64,000 nucleotides of DNA. It comes from Botryllus schlosseri (Eukaryota). The stretch is from contig CM119371.1 of NCBI GenBank assembly GCA_051294905.1, forward strand, positions 21,764,001 through 21,828,000. Reading direction: 5' to 3'. Both the position numbers and the translations under genes were made by a program. Shown piece after piece: positions 1-13,349 of the stretch (position 1 is the stretch's first letter; every line of letters starts with the position of its first letter). A model generated the notes under the pieces. The model was given only the letters and a program-made list of their open reading frames with translations. It made no database searches and was not told the DNA's origin.

Positions 1-429
1 ATTGATTGATTCAGCTATTCTTGATCCAAACACACTAACATTGTAACTTACATGTATAAACACTTAAAAAATATCTTCAACTACAATAAGTTTGTTTGTT
101 TGTTTTATTACATGGCGCTTATCGCTATTATAGTCATTTGCGCCCAGTATATGAATTTCATAAATGCCACATGTCTTTGTGCTTTTTGCTCCTCGAACGC
201 GATCTTTAGCTGGCATCTTTCAAGAGTTGGGCTCTTGTTTTTTTATTAACGCATATAATTGGCGCTTGCAACTCGTGGTTATTTGCGCCCACACAGTAAA
301 TTTCATAATCGCATAATGACATGTCTTCATGAACTTCATTCAGTCTTTTTTTTTCGGCTCATTTGCTGCCTCCTTTCACGAGTTCGGCTCTCTCTTCGTC
401 TGGGCTTTTCAATGCGCTGTATTACAGCG

Positions 430-560
430 GGATCGGCGATGATGAGCCCAGATAAACCTCCGACACATAGAAACATGGCAGAGCCGAGACTCGAACCATC
501 AACCATCGATGTCGTGAGTCGTGACTGCAGTGTTTAACCAACTGCGCCATTCGCTTCCGA
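430..560 (-). mobile_element. tRNA-derived SINE head (Pol III A/B boxes)
   Basis: The minus strand reads TGGCGCAGTTGG (A box, 549-538) ... GGTTCGAGTC (B box, 497-488). No clean cloverleaf. Boundaries approximate. Confidence 0.5.
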
Positions 561-939
561 ACTAAAATAAGTTATATATATATAATATATATGTATGTGA
601 TAGAATAAACAGAAATTCAAGGTACGGCGCATTGCCCATAAAGGCGACATGACGGAATGCCGTCCACGGTCTTCTTGAAATGGTAGGGGGCTCCGTTGCG
701 ATAGATCGACGACCAGGACAATGCCAAAGTAGTAAACAATATTACTATTCGGAGTCAGATAGCCGTGAAGTACTAGCAGATTTTCGATATCTGTATACCC
801 ATTACATAATGCATCTTTTGGCACAGCTTGTTTCTGTTACACTCAACGCAGTTTGATGTATCATGTTTCTATCTTTCTGTAATCGTTTAATCGTTGCTGC
901 TGTCCGGCATAATGAAATCATGTAATTTCTGGATGCTGA

Positions 940-1188
940 ACAGTTGGAGATTTAAATTGTAACACTACAAAATGACCCCCATCTCAGTCTGCAGCAAACG
1001 TTTGGTGCATTGTTGATACCGAAAAGTACAGTGGTTTATGCGCAGCAGCTATGAAAAATGCAAGCGTCTATGGTTCAACTTATCGTTGTGAATCAGCCTT
1101 TTGGGACATGAACTTCATCAAAAACAAACACAAAACACGCTTACTTAATGCACATCTGGAACAGTCACTCCGAACTGCACTGTCTAAG
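940..1188 (+). pseudogene. hAT (Buster/Charlie, GTF2IRD2/EPM2AIP1-like) transposase C-terminal dimerisation-domain relic
   Basis: Frame from 1021 reads EKYSGLCAAAMKNASVYGSTYRCESAFWDMNFIKNKHKTRLLNAHLEQSLRTAL, matching the hATC motif GSTYxCExxFSxMxxIKxKxRxRL. Upstream sequence is broken by a stop and indels. Confidence 0.75.
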
Positions 1189-1586
1189 ACAGACTTAGAT
1201 GCAATATAGGTTCCGCAATATAGGCTCCGCCCTCAATTTGGCTATAAATCAACACAATTTAATTCATTTCCAAAACTGATCAAATTTAGCAAGGCAGGAC
1301 AGAACGACGCCAAGCTCTCTGTAGTCACTACCAGCATCAGGATTAGTCTCAGTGAAACCTACATTGAAATTAATTGATGTCCTTTTCAATGAGTTTTTGT
1401 TATTTTCAAACAAGTTTGTCAGCAATGTGAAAGACTAAACAACTGTAATGCGGATTCAAAATTGGCGTAAGATATACCTTATGTATACTATTATATCAGG
1501 GGTGGGCAGCCCGTACTGCCGCATGCGGTCGTAGAAGGGAATTTGTGCGGCCATCGACGCCTAATTCAATTAGTATGTGTTGGCAG

Positions 1587-4500
1587 CACTGAGCTATATA
1601 AACACTGGAGTGCGCTACTCGCGATATTTACGTTGTCACTAGAAACAGTTGCATTGTGGGGAATAGGCTGGACGATTTAGTACAGGAGCTTATGGAAAAA
1701 CGTCCAGTTTTAAAATATATTTGATTCGTATTGGGTTTGTAGTATTTTATACGAATGGAGCTTTGAATGAATAATCATCGTAACATTCAGGATTTGTTTC
1801 AGCCCAATATCTCGTGTTTATATCTGTGTTATCTGTGTATTTCGACATGTCGAAGATATAAGTGGTTTCGATTGTTCGTGGTAAAATAAGGTTGTCTATG
1901 TGTCATCGTATGTGTTTTTTGTGGTTATATTCCTGATGCAGATTGCTTTACTCGTATCCAGCATATTTTTCGTGTACAGAAATAACCAAGCTGTCAAAAG
2001 ATGTATAATGCCAGTTCAGTTATCTTTCAGATATATGTATCTATAGGAAGTAAAAGCATCTACGATTTCCAGCTTGAAGTTATCATCGGAGCGTGCCTCA
2101 GAATTACCTATCCTGGATTCAAAATCTTCATACTGCAATGGAGCTGATGTGAATGCTGTAACTGCCAGCTACGTGGTGGCTGTGAATATTGCTGATGGAG
2201 AAAATTCAGCATCATGGGACATATCAAAAGGCACTGCTGAAATCAATTGAATGCCATTGTGGTTATTCTACGTATTTATTGTTTCAGCGTATTTAAATAA
2301 ATCCAAAAAAGAGAAAGTAAAGATGTGTCTGCTATGTGTAGCGATGGGGTAGTGATTTCTGTAGAAGTGACTGAATGAGTTCATTGAATTAGAGAAACAA
2401 GAAATGCATGGGTCCTTATTCAGATGTAGCTAGAATTGCCCAATTCACAGTGAAATTGAGGCGATGTTGGTTACAGCAATCTGTGCACTGTGGGAGTTCA
2501 TAATAAATATTAATTTTATCGAATCAATACGGCACAAGATACAATCTAAATGGTGTACATGTATTTGATCATATTAATTACACCTATAGCTACCCATATA
2601 CGTGTGTACATGAAGCTTGGCCCGTTTTGCACTTTCATGAAACTAGAAATTAGATTAGATTCAAAACTAACTGGGCATGTGAACATTTCAACACAGTTGC
2701 CCACGATACTTGCCTACCCTACTAGATGAAGCACTCGAACCTGGCTTCAGATCAACCATTTCTGTGGTCACACGCAATAACGCGCTGTACTGCCTCGTCA
2801 CACGAAATACCGCGCTGTACTGTCTCGTACCAAAATGCTGAACTTTCGTTTTCAGAAACACGAGCTTCAGTTATGAGAAAGGAATTTTTCTATTAAAATA
2901 ACAACATAAAAAAATAAAAACAGAAATAAATTAATTAATTGTGATCGACTTTACGTCGCCTTCGGCGTAATTAACGGTGATCTGAAAGTCAAATGTGGGA
3001 TAAGTTAGGGCTTAATATCTGCGAACGAGGTATATAATAAACGAACCGATTCTGATCTTAGTTCCAATTTAATGGAATTTCTTCTCTTCTGGAGTTTTTG
3101 CAGTAAAATGATGAAATTCCAAGAAATTTGGTGCCCACTACCATCTTGCAAAGTACCCCATTCTGCTAGGCAGTTTCTGATTAGTTTGAGCATGTGACAA
3201 GGATCTAGAATTACTTGGATTTGATGATCGGGTAAATACGGATTAGTAAAACTAGACAATGTTCCTGGAGGATATATTTGCCCCTAATGCAGAAAGCATT
3301 GCGAAGTGACATGAAGGTCCGTCACATGTCAATAAAAAAACAGTTGCACCCGCTTCATTAAGCTTGTTTATGCAAATTCTGACCAAATTTGCTCGTTCCG
3401 ATCCTGTTAAACCATTAATGAAAAAGTATCCAAGCGGGATCTTCCAGGACGAATTGATACAAACAGCGATAAAAACTAATGCATCTTTAGCTAGAGGCAA
3501 AGAATCATCATCCTCACAGTCAGTACCCATGTCTACATATCCTCGGTATCGTTTTCCATCCCAAAAAACCTGTTTGCGGATCGACATTTCATCCATCATT
3601 ATGGAGCATATTACAGGATTTGCTGATGCCTCTACTTTTCCTCTGATAGCAGAAAAGGCAATACTAGTAAAACCAGGCTCAGCGGGAAGTTTTCCATACC
3701 AGCGTCTTATCACACTTGGATGGGGAAGAGCAAGTTGAAAATTCTGACGCACAAAATTGTATGCCTTAGTGGAATAATACTGAAGCGTCATTGCAAATGA
3801 TTGCAGTTCCTTAGAGTATTTGACTCCTCTTCCACCAGCTTTTAGCTTCATACGTTGCAAGAGCTCACTTGGTAGACCACTGAATTTTTGTGACATTACC
3901 TCTATGCACGAATCGATTATCAAATTGTTCTTCTTAAGAGATGCAATGACCTCATCCAGAGTTTTCACTTTTTTTTGCAGACGGTATGTTCTCATTCTGG
4001 CTGCAACCAACCTCTTTTTAATTTCTGCCACCCTACGGCGTTGCTGTTGAACGTCTTTTCGAGGAGACGTGTGCGCACAGTAGCTGTGGTCGTGAAGAAC
4101 TACTTCAGGTTCAGCGGTTTGTGCTTCATAATGCCGTTTCTTATCTGGAACTGCAGAAGGTCTCACTCGTCGGTTGTTCGAAGCCTGAAATTTGTGAATT
4201 TTATGTTAACTAGGGCTAAAATAAAGGTTTAGTAATTGGAACTCAAACTTCATAAATATATAGTCACTGTCTAGTGTTTACTGTACCTTTGGCCTCATAT
4301 ATTTTGGAAAATTCAGAAATCTTGTCGGCACCGCATTCGTCCTTAAACGAATTCTCCCGCCAACACGGTAAATATCACTTTCTGAAAAATGATCAGAGCA
4401 GATGACCGACGATCTTGCAGGCTTCCAGTCTTTTTTCTAATACATTCTATCCATCTTTCTTTCAGGGAATCATTGGTAGGAAAGCTGCGTTGTTGAGAAC

Positions 4501-5636
4501 ATTGTATCAGTTCACAAGTAATTCTATGATACGAAGCACACCAAATTGACCATTCTTTGTTATGAACGATGATAAAAGTAGCAGGAACATATGTGAAATT
4601 ATCTTGTTTGATTTAAATATATCTGTTACTTTCTACCCCAGAAGGATAAACTATTAGGTAACCTTTTAAATCTAAAGCCAAAGATAAACCTAAAAATAAC
4701 ATCTTACGAGACAAATCGAACGTCTGGCACGCACAAAGCTATAATGAACTCAACCACGGAATTAGCAATTTGAACTTTAGTGTGAGCATCTGGCACCAGT
4801 AATATAGAATTATTACTCAACTATGCTGGACAAAACCGTGTGGCCCTCAATTATACCTTTCCTTCTAGTCCTACCTCCAACCTTCACAACAATTTTAAGC
4901 AAGGATTGAGTACTAAGCTAGTTATTGGCTGAACTGCCCATACACAATACAAACAGTGACCTGGCTGGTCATGCTATTACAGGTATACTGATGAACTGAC
5001 ATGGTGCTGGGACTGCTGATATAGTCTGCTCTGATCATACCAACATCCATATACTTGTGACAAAATGTTCTGGTATAATGACACTTTAACATGGCCTATT
5101 CATTAATGCTGTGGCTTATCTGGACATTGATTGACTGTGATGGTCAGGAGATATTAAATTTAGAAACTGATTCTTCGAAGATAGTCTTGCTGCCCTGCAT
5201 ATTCTGCCATTCACTCACCGGTGAAATGTTCTTGGATGCCGACGCTTTACCAAAGACTCTTCATCGCTACTACCATCGCTATTACTTCTCATATATGACT
5301 CCGTGGATATCTTTTTCTGCCTTTTACTGCACCCATAGGCGCAACAAACACTACCACCAAAACGAGATGTCTTCGACATGTCGAAATACACAGATAACAC
5401 AGATATAAACACGAGATATTGGGCTGAAACAAATCCTGAATGTTACGATGATTATTCATTCAAAGCTCCATTCGTATAAAATACTACAAACCCAATACGA
5501 ATCAAATATATTTTAAAACTGGACGTTTTTCCATAAGCGCCTGTACTAAGCCGTCCAGCCTATTCCCCACAATGCAACTGTAACATGGTGACAACGCAAA
5601 TTTGCATAGCCGGAGATGGCAGTAGTTCGGGGCTTG
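1587..5636 (-). mobile_element. P-element superfamily (THAP9-like) DNA transposon, 4050 bp, defective
   Basis: 8-bp TSD GTTGGCAG (1579-1586, 5637-5644); CA...TG termini; ~230-bp subterminal inverted repeats (~1625-1856 vs ~5370-5600). The empty target site is visible in a paralogous MITE at ~42130-42150 (ATGTGTTGGCGGCCGTAGAC). Encodes a THAP + P-transposase. Confidence 0.9.
3005..5379 (-). pseudogene. THAP9/P-element transposase, three exons (5379-5219, 4484-4287, 4184-~3005), frameshifted and truncated
   Basis: GT-AG introns join CCAYGC..FHR|FP..ERW..WKP..ICSDHF..NAVPTRF (THAP C2CH + AVPT). This is followed by a DHSY HCF-1-binding motif, a coiled coil, YSTKAYNFVR..LPHPSVIRRW, DEMSIRK, WKIPLGYF, TCDG and DPCHMLKLIRN. 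Frameshifts at the A6 run (~4431-4436) and at ~3255. Similarity is lost after LQKLQ (~3090). A possible decayed C-terminus lies at ~1860-2450. Confidence 0.9.
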
Positions 5637-7336
5637 GTTGGCAGCCGTAGACATGCAAATTGCAATTACGAATTCACTCCCGAATTTTCGAGAGATTTTA
5701 TTCAATCTTGAAATTTTCTGCGCGCTCCGCGCTGTTCATCAAGACTCCATTTTTCGATTTTAATGCAGTAGCGCCCTTCTTAATTGGAGCAGGAATGGGA
5801 ATCCTCGATAAACAACAATTTATTCGCGGCTCTGAAAAATTTTCGCGCGGTGCGCGACAATATGCACTTCCAGCAACTATTCATAACATCGCCACTGGCG
5901 ATTTCGGTGCGTAGAATAGGGCGCTGTGAAAAGTAGAATAGTCCGGAGTTCACCGGGAATGGAGATGGACAGTTTACCATAGGCATTTTGTGTCCAGATC
6001 GTTCATTGCGGCTATGCCCTGGAATGCGGCCTTAGGCTACATAAGTATTCGAAATGCGGCCACGAATAGCAGGAAGGTTGCCTACCTGTGTATTAGATGA
6101 TGTGCTCTCTTTGACATTACGATAAATGTAAGTGGGGTCATGGGGAGCGCGATTTTTTCGACCATCGCCAAGGGGGGCGCGTGTCAAAAAAGGTTGAGAA
6201 CCGCTGTCTTAGAGTGAGCTTTAAGTCCCTAAATTTAAAAAAGATATATGCCACTTGAATATATTGTCGAATACTTGAAATTCCAAAATTCCTTTGCGGG
6301 CCGCACAAAATGTTCTCGAGGGCCGCGTGTTTGAGACCTCTGCTATAGACAGAGGTAAACCTTGTAGTTTGTACCGAGCATGTAACCGATTTAGAATTTT
6401 AATTAAAGTAGGTCTTATGACAAAAACACCAAAATAGACACTCGGTTAAATAAAGATGAATTCCGGAAAAACTGCAAGCTCAACACTATGGTAACCTTTT
6501 AAGCTGCATACAGCTCGAAAGGCAGCGACCTAATCAATAAGCTTTGTAGGCCTACCAAACCAAATACATTTCGTTGCATTGTAGTTCCCAAACCGGGCGA
6601 TGTGTAGGGGGCAAAACCTAGATTAAATGAAAAAACTTCTCGCCTTCGGCACGATTTACCCCCTTCCAGCATAATGTTTTGCTCTGTGTATTGTCGGACT
6701 TTGATATTTCAGAATTCCCTCATCCCCTTCCATGCCTCCTCGCCATCTTATCCGTGTCAGCGGTGTAAGAAGTTGGCCGTGGTACAAGTCGGCAGCTAAG
6801 GAATGAAAATGAAGAAAATCGGCCTGGTGTAAATCACCATAGTAGTCGAGAAACATCATGAATACCGCAACAACAACAACAACAACAACAAAAAAAACCT
6901 TGCATGCCATCAAACTAGTTGTCGAGATTGCTTGAATTCCGGTTCCTCTTTTTAACCAGGGCTTTGGAGCCGGAGCCGGAGCCCGGAGCTGGAGCCCCCC
7001 AGCCGTGTATTTTCGCCGGAGCTGGAGCCGGAGCCGGAGCTCTACATGAAATTCAGCCGGAGCCGGAGCCGGAGCCCGTTATTTGAGGAGTAGCTCCGGC
7101 TCCGACGTATTTCATAAGATGCTATCATATGCCTATGCAACAACCACATCTTCTGATTCATCATATTTGAACAGCAGGCCTGAATTTTATTGCTGTGCAC
7201 AGAAAGTGCGTTGTAGTGCAACTATGATGTTGTCGACGATTGGCAAGTATTCATTATGACGTCACAAGCCGGCATGGCGGCACCTATGTCTTCGTTGCTA
7301 CATCGGATGTTACTGACGGCTAACATGACTCTAGAT

Positions 7337-9197
7337 CAGTGGTTCTCAACCACCGGTCCGCGGACCGGTGCCGGTCCGTGACGACATTCCTGCCGGTCCG
7401 CCAGGCATATTACAATTTTATACCTTAATTTCATGATGCAATTTGTTGAAACATTATCCAACTTTTTTCAATATTTTTCACACTTTGCACGATTTAGTGT
7501 CACTAAATGTCCTAATTACTGGGTGGTCTTCTCCGAAGAAAAACGCATGAGTTATGGAAGTAGTCACTTCGACGTCAGCCATTACCACGCCACCACGCAC
7601 CAACACATACTGAAGTTTAACTTAAAATGCGACTCCGAAAAGTGTGCCAAAATATTCGGCAGCGAGAGAACCTTGGCCGAAAGGGACTGCCCTTTGTTGC
7701 CCGGAAACTTCGATACACATGGCTAACGGTCCATAGGCGCCTAAATGGCTGGTGCCGAATCTCGGTGTCCTAGCAATCTGTACCACACAGGACAAATGCC
7801 ATCTCAAAGAGAAAATTATTTGCCAGTGAAGAAATACCAATTTGAAATCGTGTGCGTCGTGCGCATGTGGGCGATTTCAATATGTATTGACTATCTAACA
7901 CGAAATGATGCCACAAAATAATGATCTGCAACGAAGCAAATATTCTAACAGTCACGTCCGAATACGTTTAACTATTAATTACGTGCCCTAAATTTTCTAA
8001 GATAACATCTACTCAGCTCTACCGGAAAATCTGATAATTCAGTGAGTATAAAAATATATAGCAAGATATTGAATTACCAATATTGTTTATTGACCGATTC
8101 AGCCATGAATTATAGAAAATTTTCGCGCCTCGCGCGATTACGGCTCTAATCCTCTCTGCCCATAATGAGAAGAATTGATGTGTTCACAACTACTGGTGAA
8201 AACATCCATCCAACTGTGATGTCTGATGTCTAAGTCCCCCCTCCCCATTAGTTTGCTTATCACCCCGGGCATAAGACTACTGACTCACTACCGTAAAATT
8301 AGATGGATACCATCATGAACATAATTAATTACGATCAAAATCCTCAAAATGTCACTCTCTAGCACAGGGGTCGCCAACTCATAACGGGTCGCAGGCCACT
8401 TTTCAAATTTCGTAGCGGCCGCAGGCCGCATGAATTCAATATCGTTATCAAATATACCACTCAGTTTGACAACCACATTTTAAAACTTCATGTCAGTGCA
8501 ACGCTGAGTTATCTAACATAGGCGATGGGCATAGTTATACCACAAAAGAAGTAATATTTTATCGAAGGAATACAAATACAACAAAAATCATGACGATCAA
8601 TTTCATTTTATTCTGAACTCCGAGCTGTGCACGATACCTGGCAACGCTTTTCAGCGACTAAGGAATCGATATTGGGGCTGACGTAACTAGCTGAAAGACC
8701 ATCTCCACACGTCAAGCTTGAGTTTGTGGCTAAGCCCTAAGCCGTTTTCCAAGCATCTAACGGTCTTGGCAATATTTGGGCCATTGCAATTCAAGGCAAT
8801 ATGCCCATGCCCAATGCTCATTCGTATCAGCTTATTCTTCCTCGCTGTGATGCTGATGCCATCGCCAATGCCGTTTTAGGTGAGGAATAGTGATGTTGGG
8901 CAAAGGAGAGCAGTTTATTGTGAAACAACAACAACAATATGTTAAAACCGTCGTCAATTTCAGCATTTCAAAATGCTTTTCTTAGCGTTGTTCCGAAATC
9001 TCAAATCAAGTCGCGGGCAGCATGCGGCCCGCGAACTGCGTGTTGGTGACCCCTGGTCTAGCACTATATTGCAAAAAAACTGTTGCATAGGCTACTTTAC
9101 ATTTTGGGTTGATTTCAATTTTTGAAAGTTCACCGGTCCGCCAACTACTTTTTGAAATTTTACCGGTCCGCGGGGTGAAAAAGGTTGAGAACCACTG
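7337..9197 (+). mobile_element. hAT (Buster/Charlie-type) MITE nested in the GGAGCC MITE
   Basis: TIR CAGTGGTTCTCAACC...GGTTGAGAACCACTG; TSD CTCTAGAT on both sides. The empty site is present in the paralogous copy at ~45515. Confidence 0.9.
8365..9055. mobile_element. hAT Buster-type MITE with transposase C-terminal relic (third nesting level)
   Basis: TIR CAGGGGTCGCCAAC...GTTGGTGACCCCTG; TSD CTCTAGCA/GTCTAGCA. The minus strand at ~8610-8680 encodes PNIDSLVAEKRCQVS, resembling the Charlie/GTF2IRD2-type C-terminus. Confidence 0.8.
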
Positions 9198-10573
9198 CTC
9201 TAGATTACTATAGATAACTAACCTATGGGTATATTAGTAATCTATATAGACCAGAAATGGCAAACCTTTTCGGCTAAAGGGGCACACGCAATTGAAGAAC
9301 GAGTGTGCGGTCCACTAGCCGCGCCAAGCGTGTAAAGTCTAGTTTATAAATAAACTAGGTCAATAATATTATTACTTGAGTATATTACGGGTCTACTGTA
9401 TACCGCCCGCTAGGCTCAGTTTCAAGGACACGACTATTCGGCGTCAGGCCACATCTATATCGAAGGTCTCCGATCATATGCGACAATCACTTTGTGCCTG
9501 CATTTCACAGTCAACGATTATTATGCGAGCGCAAACGCGAAAAGACTTTATCCCGTAATTGCGAATACAGTTAGACTGTAGAGTATAGTCATACTCTATA
9601 GTTAGACTCAATCGGGTATATTAGGCTTTTTTTCATTTTCAGTAGCGGTTAGGCTACCAAGCAAGAAATCGTGTGACAATTAAACACGCGAAGCGTGAAG
9701 AAAATTTTCACTACTATTGTAGTTTATTGCAATGTACGACGATTTACTATAAATGTAACTGGATCCTGGATCTGCCAATACGTCGGAACTGATATTTTAG
9801 TAATCAAAATCTCAAGTGTCACAGCCAGACTTGTAATTTTTGGTTGGCATTGCACGTTCACAATCTGAGCAATTCATTTTCGATAATATAATAGGAAATT
9901 ACCTCGCGGGCCGCGCAGAACCTTCCCGCGGGCCAAATGTGGCCAACCCTGACATAGATAGACCCATTCGATAATTTCAGAGTCGGAGTCGGAGCTGGAG
10001 CCGGAGCAGTGGTAATAATGCGGCTCCGGAGCTGGAGCCGGAGCTAATGTATTCTAGAAGAAAGCTCCGGAGCCGGAGCTGGAGCCGGAGCTGGAGCCGT
10101 TTAAATTTACTGCTGCTCCAAAGCCCTGTTTTTAACACTTTGTGATATCATGATAAGGGGATGCGAAATATCTCCCTATCACAAAGATGAAGCGCCTCTA
10201 AAAAGGGAACTATTGTTATAGAGTCTTTATAGCAGAACGTGGATAGGAATTTAAAATAAGTGGAAAATGCATCATGTTTAGCATTGTTTCGAATCATGAC
10301 GGAAAATATCTATTTATTTAATTGAGCGTCACACATTTATTACCTAACATCAACGCATTCATTGAGCACCATTTAATAACAATGTAATTTAAAAATAAAA
10401 TTAAAATACTCCGCATAATATAGCTAGGATTTTTCGCCTCGGCCCGACAACGTATTTTCTACTTCTCATTCGGCCCGCGGAGAAAAATATTTGCCCTTCC
10501 ATGCCGTAAGCTGTATAAAATGAACTTAAAATTCGTTCACTTTCCAGCCTGTTCACTGATATGCCGCGATTAC

Positions 10574-11084
10574 GTCACAAGGCTCCGAGTCATAAGTCAA
10601 TCTCACTTTTATAGTTTGGACCCGAGTAAAGTCGAGTCATTTTCAATTCACCACCGAGTCAAGTCCGAGTCCAAGTCACGAAGAAGAGGGTCGAGTCCGA
10701 GTCATGGTATTATGACTCGAGTCCGAGTCCAAGTCAACGTGTTAACTGGTCAGTTTCCGGTTAAAGTCTTTTTAATCCCACTTTCTCTAACTCTGCCTGG
10801 TGATATCGAATGTTTCGCATTTATAATATACTAATTTCCTCAATTTTAGCAGTTTTTGGCTGCAATTTCAACTACCAACTTACCAATAGCCGTAATCCCC
10901 CCACAGTGTGGTTAGTTTACTATTCTTCGAAATTACAATGAAATGTCGGTCTTGGCCGTCTGAGTCTCGAGTCATTTGACTTGCTTCGAGTCATGCGCAA
11001 TGACTCGAGTCAGAGACGAGCCAATACATAGATTGACTCGAGTCGAGTCATCAGAAAATCGCGACTCGAGTCCTTACAATCCTG
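10574..11084 (-). mobile_element. (GAGTC/GACTC)-rich MITE, partial copy
   Basis: Reverse-complement homologue of 52033-52617; one TIR (TTACAATCCTG) retained. Confidence 0.75.
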
Positions 11085-12229
11085 TTTGAGGACTAGAAAC
11101 TTGTTTACTGGTGTCAAGTTTGAACTAGTCCTTTAAGATTTAGTGCCGAGCAGGTTGCCATGGAGTATAATTTACGCCAGATTTGGGACAAAGCACGTAA
11201 ACACACATTCGATCAAAAGTGCGTGAATTTCAGAAGGACTGCGAGGTTCGCTCAACAACGAGGCTTTTTATCCAAGCGGCACACTGCTTGGAAGGCAGCG
11301 ATCAAGACAATAAGCTTTTTAGTATCCCAAATACATTGTGATCTCTTGATAGAAAAACGCGGATAGGGGTTTGAAGAGAGCTGCTGATGTATCATTTTAA
11401 ACATTGTTCCGAAATATGACAACAAATGAATATTATTTTTTGGTAATCAACCGTCACTTTTTCATAGCCTAATATCGACACATCCACTGAGCAGCTTTTA
11501 TTACCAATGTAATTCACTGCTTGCAATTTGCAAATATCAATACTCTGGGGCTGGAGAATACAGCGAAACTTTGTGACTCAGTCCGCCTACCTATTTGATG
11601 CTTCTCATTTGGCCCGCTGAACAATTATTCACCCACCCCTGGTCAGGGGCATAACTTCTGCTATGGCATTTGAGTGCTATCAATGACTGTTCGGCGATGT
11701 TGCGTTATTTATCAAAATGAAACCCCGTCCATTCACCAAGTTTTCCTAACACTACAGTTGTCGGAGGCCAATTGAGATAAGGGACTATTTGTTTGACGAT
11801 TTACAATATCAAATGTTTACGGGACCACTAGCATAGCGAGGATTTACCGAAATCAAATTAGTCTCGCCATACTACTTCGCATAGCAACATAAATAATTCC
11901 GAAGTGAATTTGTTAGGTAGTTAGATCTCCGTCTTCTCAACGAATACGAGTATAACGTATGACCTTAAGTTACTTCGATTTCGAAAGGAAAACGGTTATT
12001 TTGCATCTTTGTTCCACTGAATGTTGGAGCTTGTATTGCTATTAGATGAGCTACAAAACTAGTCGATAGTGAATTCGAGAAAACGAATACAAACTTCAGA
12101 AAAGAATGAACGTCTCTTATAAATATTTGACGCAAATGGACAATACAATTTCGGAAAAATAGATATGCATTGGTCCATACAAGGGGCGGTCATGGTCTAT
12201 ATTCTGCGTACCAATTTTGAATATGAGCT

Positions 12230-12420
12230 TGTTGGAGGTACAGTACTTCAATATACGATTGAGTAGTATATGCATATTGAAATGAACCCGAATATTTTTT
12301 CGACTGTCGCTCGTCACGGGTAATCGTTAGCAACTAAATTAGACAATTACACCTGTCGAGTGTCATCCGAAACTATTCGGGTTCATTTCAATATGAATAT
12401 ACTATTTAATCGTTTTATAT
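12230..12420. repeat. Palindromic foldback element, degenerate copy
   Basis: CATATTGAAATGAACCCGAATA ... TATTCGGGTTCATTTCAATATG inverted arms; same family as 31617-31864. Confidence 0.7.
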
Positions 12421-13349
12421 AAATCAGTTGCATCGAGCAATTCAGATTCTCGAATAAATGCATTATACGTGTATGTGAAATATTCGAATATTGATCACTT
12501 TGCACTTATATGCGGGTTAGCGACATAACATAATCCCACGAAATCGTTGAAAAAATGCAACCTATACTTCAGCAATGTTTGGGCAATTACTTTTCTCGGA
12601 CTCAGATGAGAAGCCAAAATAATTTAGGCGGACCAAACCAAAAGATTTCACGATATTCTGAGGAGTGTATTTTTTTAATTATTTTTTGATAGCAGTGAAT
12701 TATATTGCTGCCACATGCTTGTCGTGAATGTGTTAATGTTATATATGTCATGGAAAGGTGCGGATATCGGTGTTACCTCGTGTTACGACGCGTTACCCCG
12801 TCAACTCTGTATCTAATTTCCTATGTACAGCTAAAACGATACTGTACTCGTTCAATTATGAAATACGACTCTTCCAATAGAACCACAGCAGTATGCAATG
12901 CATCTTATAAGATCGCGCAAGGCAAGAGCACTTTGAACATGATAAATTCTCCTTGGTTAAGATAAACTAACCTTGAATTCTTCTGAAACGACATATCCGG
13001 ACTTCGAGCGATCGGTACGAATGAATTCTACTTGAAGAGGTGATGAGTCAGTTTATTTGCAGGAATACCGTTTCTCAAATAATGTTACAGCGATTTGAAA
13101 TACATTTGTCATGTTAACGTAAAGCAAATGCGGTTTTCCACCTATACTGACCTTTATATGATAGATTGATAAACTTTTACACACACATAATAATTTTCAT
13201 TTTGCTTCAAACGACAATGCTTCACCAGGTGACAAAGTGCTAAAAGCATTCACAGTCAGTTTAATGATCATAACTATAGATTCTAGAACAGAGGTTCCCA
13301 ACCTTTTTGTCGTCGCGGACCCCTTATGCAGCGTCAGGAACCTCCCCGG

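Larger units (their letters stand above)
6957..10128 (+). mobile_element. hAT-type MITE with (GGAGCC/GGAGCT)n subterminal arrays, carrying nested insertions
   Basis: TIR CAGGGCTTTGGAGC...GCTCCAAAGCCCTG; TSD TTTTTAAC (6949-6956, 10129-10136). Second copy at 45115-46397. Confidence 0.9.

Noticed and set aside
430..560. Functional tRNA gene (also 24333-24407)
   Set aside because: A/B boxes are present, but there is no convincing cloverleaf or T-run terminator; treated as SINE heads.
3364..4232. Plus-strand ORFs of 76-124 aa
   Set aside because: They are antisense shadows of the P transposase.
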